Assembly: GCA_965371515.1 (NCBI GenBank)
Contig: CBDUYR010000057.1
Location: forward strand, 1 to 16,026
From: an uncultured bacterium
GTDB lineage: Bacteria; Krumholzibacteriota; Krumholzibacteriia; Krumholzibacteriales; Krumholzibacteriaceae
Length of the DNA: 16,026 nucleotides
Reading direction: 5' to 3'
In this document: positions 1 to 6,071 of the stretch, one piece after another
How positions within the stretch are numbered: position 1 is the stretch's first letter
How the letters are laid out: each line of letters begins with the position of its first letter
Made by a program: the position numbers and the translations under genes
The notes under the pieces: model-generated
What the model saw: only the letters and a program-made list of their open reading frames with translations
What the model was told of the DNA's origin: nothing
Database searches by the model: none

Positions 1-590
1 CCCTGGCCACCCCGGATGATAAGTGTTTTACCTTCCCGTACATGGAAATGGGAGCTCTGGCAAGGATATGCTACGGAACCCCGTGCGCATTCATCGAGAA
101 GCTCGAAATCGACAGCTGTGAGATAACGGACCTGGTGGACCGGGCATACCACTCACTGCTCCAGCATCTCTGCACTGATAATGAGACCGCCGGAGAGAGG
201 GCACTGGAGTACGCGGACCTGGCGAGCGCCGAGCTCGAGAGTAATCCAACGGATGAACTGATTATCCTCGGCTATATGCATATCGTCCTGGGAAAACTGT
301 ACGCCTACCTCGGCCGCAGTAACGACGCGTTGCGGGAGGGGAACCGGGTGGCGCAGATACTGCCCATCTCTATAGACGCTATCGACGGCCCCGATATCCT
401 GTATGAACTGGCCGATATCTGCATGATGGTGGGAGATCACGAAGCCGCGATCGATCAGATCGAGATCCTGCTTTCCTACCCGTGCAGCTATACCATGAGA
501 TTCATAGGCCTCGATCCACTCTACGAGCCGCTGCATAATCACCCACGATATAAAAAGCTGATCGAAAAGTACCCCGACCAGGGATCATGA
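1..590 (+). CDS. C-terminal part of a TPR-repeat protein (type found at the C-terminus of Ser/Thr kinase or TolB-like/adenylate cyclase-associated TPR proteins); truncated by the window edge
   Basis: The frame is open from base 3 (LATPDDKCFTFPYMEM...), so ATG42 is probably internal. TPR-like helices (LGKLYAYLGRSNDALREG, LADICMMVGDHEAAIDQIE) are followed by LDPLYEPLHNHPRYKKLI, matching the typical DPxxDPLRxxPRFxxL ending. Stop TGA 588-590. Confidence 0.75.
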   Translation, partial: LATPDDKCFTFPYMEMGALARICYGTPCAFIEKLEIDSCEITDLVDRAYHSLLQHLCTDNETAGERALEYADLASAELESNPTDELIILGYMHIVLGKLYAYLGRSNDALREGNRVAQILPISIDAIDGPDILYELADICMMVGDHEAAIDQIEILLSYPCSYTMRFIGLDPLYEPLHNHPRYKKLIEKYPDQGS

Positions 591-634
591 CGGGATTTTT
601 CATAGCATTACTCAAACTTTCCTGACTGAACCCC

Positions 635-662
635 TTGACTATATCCGAGTTTATGATATATT
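635..662 (+). promoter_or_regulatory. Sigma70-type promoter of the abiE operon
   Basis: TTGACT (635-640), 16-nt spacer, extended -10 TGaTATATT (654-662), in an AT-rich intergenic region 36 nt before ATG699. Confidence 0.6.
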
Positions 663-663
663 T

Positions 664-689
664 ACCTATAGTTATGCTTTTTTATAGGT
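664..689. promoter_or_regulatory. Inverted repeat, candidate AbiEi autorepression operator
   Basis: ACCTATA (664-670), N12, TATAGGT (683-689), directly downstream of the -10 box. The right arm overlaps the SD-like AGGTG (686-690). Confidence 0.4.
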
Positions 690-698
690 GTTATTATC

Positions 699-1325
699 AT
701 GACCGAAAAAAGTAAAAATAACAAAAGTTCGAGATTTATACGGGCGGAGAGTGTTTTTAGAAAGCATGGCGGCATCCTACGTACGAACCAGATCCTCCGT
801 GAGGGCATCCATCCTGATACTCTCTACACCATGCGGGATTCGGGAAGCCTGGTTACTGTAAGCCGAGGCGTCTATCGTCTTTCTGGCAGTCCCCCTCTGA
901 GTAATCCAGATCTGGTAACAGTATCCATGCGAGTACCTGCCGGAGTGATATGTCTCATTTCGTCACTTTCATTCCATGATCTCACGACCCAGATACCACA
1001 TGAAGTGCACGTAGCCCTCCCGAAAGGCGCCGAGGAACCAAGACTTGATCATCCGCCTCTCAGGACGTACCGCTTCTCGACAGGGACTTTCACAGAGGGT
1101 GTAGAAACTCATAAGCTCGACGGCATAGATGCACGGATATACAGTCCGGAAAAGACGATTGCCGATTGCTTCAAATTTCGCAGCAGGATCGGTCTCGACA
1201 CAGCGATAGAAGCCCTTCGCCTGTATCGCGATCATGGAGATGTAAAAGTGAACGACATTATACGGTTTTCATCGATCTGCAGGGTGGAGAAGATCATCAG
1301 GCCTTATCTCGAAGCGATCCTCTGA
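699..1325 (+). CDS. Type IV toxin-antitoxin AbiEi-family antitoxin / transcriptional regulator
   Basis: N-terminal wHTH segment (GGILRT...GIHP...LVTVSRGVYRL), then GVICLISSLSFHDLTTQIPHEVHVALP and IYSPEKTIADCFKFRSRIGLDTAIEAL. Its stop overlaps the next ATG (TGATG). Confidence 0.9.
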   Translation: MTEKSKNNKSSRFIRAESVFRKHGGILRTNQILREGIHPDTLYTMRDSGSLVTVSRGVYRLSGSPPLSNPDLVTVSMRVPAGVICLISSLSFHDLTTQIPHEVHVALPKGAEEPRLDHPPLRTYRFSTGTFTEGVETHKLDGIDARIYSPEKTIADCFKFRSRIGLDTAIEALRLYRDHGDVKVNDIIRFSSICRVEKIIRPYLEAIL

Positions 1326-1537
1326 TGCCCCGGGAAATCAGAGACCTCTCCGCTTCAGTACATCAGCGACTCCTCGACAGGGCCAGGGAAACGGACCGGA
1401 CCTTCAACGAGCTCCTGCAATATTTTGCGATAGAACGATTTATCTACAGGCTGTCCATGAGTCCCTTCGCGAACAGATTCATCCTCAAAGGGGCGCTGAT
1501 GCTCCCGGTGTGGAGTGGATCTGCATCACGCCCCACT
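1325..1537 (+). pseudogene. Truncated AbiEii/AbiGii-family nucleotidyltransferase toxin (N-terminal ~71 aa; the frame runs on in unrelated sequence to TAA 1687)
   Basis: MPREIRDLSASVHQRLLDRAR...LLQYFAIERFIYRLS...FILKGALML...SRPT is a typical AbiEii N-terminus. The expected xDIDL motif and the rest of the ~300-aa protein are absent from all three forward frames after 1537. Confidence 0.85.
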
Positions 1538-1598
1538 GATGTCATCTATCAATATTCCTGTTTGAGAATTCACCCCGAAACAGCAGTCTGTCTGTGTC

Positions 1599-1627
1599 AG
1601 TATATTTGCTCCTGCCGTGAGCCGCAA
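1599..1627 (-). promoter_or_regulatory. Candidate sigma70 promoter pointing antisense into the abiE genes
   Basis: Minus strand TTGCGG (1627-1622), 17 nt, TATACT (1604-1599), followed by AGGA (1559-1556) and ATG (1545-1543). Confidence 0.4.
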
Positions 1628-1857
1628 GAATCAAAGACGGTTTTACGGAAGCATCCCCGCCGGATGCCCTTGAATGTCCTCGAATAAGGACGAGGATTAC
1701 CCCCCAGGCTCCATTCCGTGTCCACTTGCGGGGACAGGGTGTTTTATGCAACTCGTAGCAATATAATCTGATACATGGTTTTCTCCATCCCGGTATACCG
1801 TATGCAATAGCATATGACTGAGTCACCGATTCGGGTGGCTGTAACGGGAGGTGTCTC

Positions 1858-2334
1858 ATGAAGAAGACGCGAATGAGCCTGCTGACCCTCGCCGCCTTGA
1901 CCATGGTCGTCGGGATCGGCATCGCACAGGACGCCAGGGCTGAGATCCGCATCAGTGCGGTCGTTCATACGCCCAACGTCAGCGTGCGTGTAGGCAACAA
2001 TCCCTCCGGTTACTACCATATCGACCGGGACAGACGTTTCCCGGCCCGCAGGCATGTGTATTACGATATCACCAGGCGTGACCGCATGATCGCGCGCCGC
2101 CTGACCTGGTACACCGGCGTACGGTTAGGAGAGCTGATCCGGCTCAGGCGCCGCGGTTACCGCTGGGTCGAGATCGGACGCTGGCTGCACGTACCCCGTC
2201 CGGTCGTCCGCGCCGCGATGAACCAGCGCAGCTGGGACCGGTTCCTCCGCCAGGAACGCAGGCACGCGAGGCACTACGGCAGGCGCAAGCACAGAGTGAC
2301 CTATTACGATGGACGTGAATATAGAGGAAGATAA
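1858..2334 (+). CDS. Hypothetical secreted Arg-rich basic protein (158 aa)
   Basis: Strong SD GGGAGGTG (1846-1853), Sec signal peptide MKKTRMSLLTLAALTMVVGIGIAQDARA with an A-x-A site, and a downstream terminator. A TATAAT lies at 1762-1767. Confidence 0.8.
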   Translation: MKKTRMSLLTLAALTMVVGIGIAQDARAEIRISAVVHTPNVSVRVGNNPSGYYHIDRDRRFPARRHVYYDITRRDRMIARRLTWYTGVRLGELIRLRRRGYRWVEIGRWLHVPRPVVRAAMNQRSWDRFLRQERRHARHYGRRKHRVTYYDGREYRGR

Positions 2335-2367
2335 TTACCCGGAAGGCCGACCAGCCGCCGACACGGA

Positions 2368-2405
2368 GAAGGGCCGGGAGAAATCCCGGTCCTTCGTTTA
2401 TTTAT
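2368..2405 (+). terminator. Intrinsic terminator between convergent genes
   Basis: GAAGGGCCGGGA-GAAA-TCCCGGTCCTTC (12-bp stem with one G-U pair, GAAA tetraloop) followed by GTTTATTTAT. Confidence 0.8.
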
Positions 2406-2408
2406 GAG

Positions 2409-3170
2409 CTATAGGTGAAGCCGGCGCTTGAGTTCGCGTGCGTTTGCGCGGCTTACAGGTATGACAGGCCCCTCATCGCTCCCCATCCTTATCCTGAATG
2501 AGTTGTTCTCCCAGGGGATTATCTCGCGGATCCTGTAGACGTTGGCGAGGTAGGCCCTGTGAACCCTCATGAACATCCCGGCCGACAGCTCGGACTGCAG
2601 CTCATCGAGGGACCGTCGCGAGGATGTTCCCTCAAGATCGTCCGTTACGATACTGACCTCTCCATCGGAGACACAGGCGTAGAGGATCTCCTGGACATTC
2701 ACCATCACGTCGCCGCTTCCACGCCTGACAGGCACCCTCTGCGTGAGCGCCCCGACGCTGCGGAGCAGCTCGTCGAGATCCTGGCGCGGGACCGTTCCCG
2801 CCACCCTCCCCCTGGCCCGGATGAGGGCCTCCCGGAGCCTGTCCTCATCGACAGGCTTCAGGATGTAGTCGACGGCATGGACGTCGAAGGCACGGATCGC
2901 GTACTGGTCGTATGCCGTTACGAAGATCACCGGAGGAATATCTCCCGTCTTTCCCAGCCTGCCGAGGACCTGGAACCCGTCGAGGCCGGGCATCTGGATG
3001 TCGAGCAGGACTATGTCGGGGGCGCCGGCGCGGATCATCTCGACCGCCTTGAGACCGTCGCCCGCCTCGCCCGCCTTCTCGAACCCCTCGATCTTGCCGA
3101 GGATCCTCGTCAGATCCTTCCTTGCCGGCTTTTCGTCGTCGACTATCAGCACCTTCAGGGTCTTACTCAA
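2409..3170 (-). CDS. LytR/AlgR-family response regulator (REC + LytTR)
   Basis: VLIVDDE, LLDIQMP (phosphoacceptor Asp), FVTAY, DYILKP, and LytTR motif FMRVHRAYLAN...IPVSR. TTG start overlaps the end of the kinase gene by 8 nt. Confidence 0.95.
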   Translation of the reverse strand: MSKTLKVLIVDDEKPARKDLTRILGKIEGFEKAGEAGDGLKAVEMIRAGAPDIVLLDIQMPGLDGFQVLGRLGKTGDIPPVIFVTAYDQYAIRAFDVHAVDYILKPVDEDRLREALIRARGRVAGTVPRQDLDELLRSVGALTQRVPVRRGSGDVMVNVQEILYACVSDGEVSIVTDDLEGTSSRRSLDELQSELSAGMFMRVHRAYLANVYRIREIIPWENNSFRIRMGSDEGPVIPVSRANARELKRRLHL

Positions 3171-4464
3171 CCTGCCGCCCCCTCTCGACGGGAAGTTCTA
3201 TCCTTATCTCGGTGCCCTCGCCGGGGACCGACTTTATCGTCATCGACTGCTGCAGTCCGTAGGCCACCGACAGCCTCTCGCGCACGTTCACCAGCCCAAT
3301 ACCCTCGCCCGCCTCGCCGGAAAAGCCCTCGCCGTCGTCTCTCACGACGATGACGATCTTCTCTCCGTCGCTATCCGCCTCGACGCGGATAGTCCCGCCG
3401 TCGACGCGTCTCGATATCCCGTGCCTCACTGCGTTCTCGACAAGCGGCTGGAGGAGCATCGACGGTACGTGGACGTCGAGCGCCCTCGGATCGATCTCCT
3501 TCTCGAACCTGATCCTCTCCGCCCCGAACCTCGCCTGCTCGAGGCTGAGATAGTCGTCGATGAACTCGAGCTCGCTGCTCAGCGGCACGAAATCTCCAGT
3601 ACCGTGGAGGAGCTTCCTCAGGATGCCGGCGAGTTTGACGAGGATCCATCTCGTCTTGTCCGGCTCCGACCAGATGCACGAGGTCGCGGCATTAAGGGTA
3701 TTGAAGAAGAAATGGGGATTGATCTGGCGCCTCAATGCGTCGAACTTCGCCTGGGCCGCGACGGCCCTCTGCTCCTCGAGGAGCATCTCGACTCTCGTGT
3801 TGTTCCATATCTTGAGCGGGATACCGACGCACGCGAGGGTGGAAAACCATACGAGAATATTCATCCAGTAATGGTCGGGCGTGAAGGCGAAGAGGACCCG
3901 CTTCCCCGCGTAACCCGCAACGATCGTCCTAGAGACGTCGAGGGCGAGCACGGCGACGAAGACCATCGCGATCGCGTCGAATCGCCGCTCCCCCCTGAAG
4001 ACCTTCAGCGAGCGGGAGAGCCCCCTGTAGAAGAATGGCGTGAATCCCCAGATCTCCTCGCTCCTCTCGGGCTTCATGCCGATCGCACCGCCCGCCGCGG
4101 CGCAGGCGGCAAGATAGAAAGGCGTGAGCCACTCCCCTCCGAGAACGGCGGAGACAGAGACGAGAAGGCCCGCCATCACTCCCGGTGCGGTCCCGCAGAG
4201 GAGGCCGATGAGGAAGACTCCCGGCATCGAGATGTCGACCCCGTCGTAACCGACCATCACCCGAACGGCGGTCCCCGCCGTGATTATCGCCCCGAATATC
4301 AGAGCGAACCACCAGTCTTCCCTCCGCGTCCTCGTCTGTATGAATATCAGCCTCTTGAAGTAGTTCGAGGTAACGAGCACACCGGCGATGCTCGCCATGA
4401 TGCCCAGCCTCAGAAAGAGGAGGAAGAGTACGTACTGGTCGCCTGTGAGGGTGATCCGTGTCAA
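3163..4464 (-). CDS. LytS/YehU-family membrane sensor histidine kinase (no GAF domain)
   Basis: Multi-TM N-terminus; H-box ALRRQINPHFFFNTLN, N-box LLQPLVENAVRHG, VRDDGEG, GIGLVNVRERL. TTG start with GGAGA upstream. Confidence 0.95.
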   Translation of the reverse strand: MTRITLTGDQYVLFLLFLRLGIMASIAGVLVTSNYFKRLIFIQTRTRREDWWFALIFGAIITAGTAVRVMVGYDGVDISMPGVFLIGLLCGTAPGVMAGLLVSVSAVLGGEWLTPFYLAACAAAGGAIGMKPERSEEIWGFTPFFYRGLSRSLKVFRGERRFDAIAMVFVAVLALDVSRTIVAGYAGKRVLFAFTPDHYWMNILVWFSTLACVGIPLKIWNNTRVEMLLEEQRAVAAQAKFDALRRQINPHFFFNTLNAATSCIWSEPDKTRWILVKLAGILRKLLHGTGDFVPLSSELEFIDDYLSLEQARFGAERIRFEKEIDPRALDVHVPSMLLQPLVENAVRHGISRRVDGGTIRVEADSDGEKIVIVVRDDGEGFSGEAGEGIGLVNVRERLSVAYGLQQSMTIKSVPGEGTEIRIELPVERGRQVE

Positions 4465-4492
4465 AATCGTTCTCCCGTGTGGGTCTCAGCGA

Positions 4493-5038
4493 TTATAACT
4501 CGCGCCGCTGCTCCTTGTAAATACGTCGTATCGCTGCCATCTCCTCCATGTAGAGCCCCTCGCGGAAATCGGGGAACGACCACGGCAGGATCCGCCACTC
4601 GCCGTCTTCGAACATAAGCACCGTGTCGGCGTAGACTCCGCGGCCGAGGTATATCTTCTGCGGACCTTCCTTGAACGAGGCAAGAACGGCCTTGAAGTAG
4701 TCGATGTATCCCGGATCTATGTTGACCGTGCGGCCGGCTGCGCCCGAAAGCTTCTCCTCCAGCCGGTCGACATTGAGTTTTACTTCTACCAGGCCGGGCG
4801 CTTCCCCCAGCTTCGAGAATGAGACGATGACCCTGTTGAGGCCGGGCCCCATCTCGTCCTCGTAGTAGTCGGTCATGTCGAACGGCCGCGGCGGACCGAT
4901 GAAGTCGGCCTCGCCGAGGATGTCTCCCAGGCCTCCGTCGAGTACCTCCTTCGGATCGACGCCACTCGAGAAAAGGAGCGCGGCGAAGTACTTTACCGGC
5001 GCGCCCTCGCCCGGACGGCCTGCTTTTGGATGCGCCAT
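4493..5038 (-). CDS. DUF4416 family protein
   Basis: FDMTDYYEDEMG, RTVNIDPGYI, VLASFK..PQKIYLGRGVYAD and LPWSFPDFR match recalled DUF4416 motifs; 181 aa. Confidence 0.85.
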   Translation of the reverse strand: MAHPKAGRPGEGAPVKYFAALLFSSGVDPKEVLDGGLGDILGEADFIGPPRPFDMTDYYEDEMGPGLNRVIVSFSKLGEAPGLVEVKLNVDRLEEKLSGAAGRTVNIDPGYIDYFKAVLASFKEGPQKIYLGRGVYADTVLMFEDGEWRILPWSFPDFREGLYMEEMAAIRRIYKEQRREL

Positions 5039-5862
5039 CCTTCCTTCACCCTTTCTATCAACCCGCGTGCCTCGGCGGTGATATCCCCTGGAATGCCGAA
5101 CTCGGTTTCTATCCGATGTTCGAGGTCGGCGCGGATGTTCTCGTTTATCTTCGTGTCTTCGCGGCGCAGCCTCAGGTGGTGATCACGTATATAGAGGTGC
5201 CCGCCGGGGGTCAGCTTCGTCAGCTGCAGCGAGTTCATCATAGGCAGGGAGAAAGAAGCCTGCCAGTACCTGAAGAATGAAGCCTTCGAGACAGGCGTCG
5301 TCCTCAGCCTGTACCGCCAGTTCTTCTCACCTCCCGCCACGGTGAACAGGTCGTAGCTCGACGCCCCCCTCGGCCGCAGCTCGACCTTACCGAACGAGGT
5401 GGGAACGGCGACGGGTCTGCCGGTCAGCTCTGCCGGATCGCTGAGAAGATACCCGGGATCGACAAGATACTTTCTCGAGCCGATACGTACGACCAGGGCG
5501 CAGTGGATGTTGCGCCTCTTCATGTCGGCCATCGCAGGATAGCACCCGTACCCCGCCGATGAGAGTATCGAGCCGAGGCACCATGTCAGGGAGAAACAGG
5601 TCCCTCCCGTATGGTCCTCGACAAATCCCCGCATGACCTCCTCCGGCCTGCGGAGACGCAGAACGGGGTCGGGCTCGTTGAACTTGCGGATGATCTTCGT
5701 GACGTTCTCGTACGGGACCTGCGCATAGCTCGAAACGATCGACGTGAGCATGTCTAGATCGGGATCGCCCGTGGCGATTCCGAAATGCCCGAAAAAAATA
5801 CTGCCCGCTCCGATGCTTTCTATCGTCAAATCCATCTCCTCGAGGGGTGGTGCGGGGGCCAT
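4993..5862 (-). CDS. Arylamine N-acetyltransferase family protein
   Basis: VPYENV (PFENL-like) and a Cys-His-Asp triad in GGTCFSL, NIHCALVV and YLVDPG; 289 aa. An alternative start at ATG5835 is possible. Confidence 0.85.
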   Translation of the reverse strand: MAPAPPLEEMDLTIESIGAGSIFFGHFGIATGDPDLDMLTSIVSSYAQVPYENVTKIIRKFNEPDPVLRLRRPEEVMRGFVEDHTGGTCFSLTWCLGSILSSAGYGCYPAMADMKRRNIHCALVVRIGSRKYLVDPGYLLSDPAELTGRPVAVPTSFGKVELRPRGASSYDLFTVAGGEKNWRYRLRTTPVSKASFFRYWQASFSLPMMNSLQLTKLTPGGHLYIRDHHLRLRREDTKINENIRADLEHRIETEFGIPGDITAEARGLIERVKEGWRIQKQAVRARARR

Positions 5863-5886
5863 CCGCTGCCTTGCTTAACACATTAC

Positions 5887-5915
5887 AGAATAAAGAGATT
5901 CGGCCGAGATTGCAA
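5887..5915 (-). promoter_or_regulatory. Sigma70 promoter of the NAT-DUF4416-TCS operon
   Basis: Minus strand TTGCAA (5915-5910), 17 nt, TATTCT (5892-5887), 24 nt upstream of ATG5862. Confidence 0.55.
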
Positions 5916-5952
5916 CGGCCGCGTTATATCTGTCTTCCGGAAAGCGACATGG

Positions 5953-5982
5953 TTGACAACTGCGAGCCGTATGATATATATT
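5953..5982 (+). promoter_or_regulatory. Sigma70 promoter of the transketolase-like gene
   Basis: TTGACA (5953-5958), then TGaTATATA at 16-nt spacing or TATATT at 18-nt spacing. SD AGGAGG from 6058 precedes TTG6072. Confidence 0.65.
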
Positions 5983-6071
5983 GATTCCCCGTTTATATTT
6001 GAATCAATGTGCTGCCGGCAAGGCTTTTCGCCGGGGCCGGCTGAACGAATCACTGAACAGGAGGCTCGCAC

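Noticed and set aside
1166..1324. TTG1166 start given by the ORF track for the toxin
   Set aside because: It lies inside the antitoxin gene; similarity begins at the coupled ATG1325.
2559..4617. Long plus-strand ORFs (264 aa and 539 aa) opposite the two-component genes
   Set aside because: Antisense shadows of real high-GC genes, with no recognisable motifs.
6010..6065. Possible TPP riboswitch before the ThDP enzyme (GC hairpin 6014-6041, GGGGCCGGCTGAA)
   Set aside because: It lacks the CUGAGA, ACCUGA and GCGUAGGGA core elements, and the leader is short.
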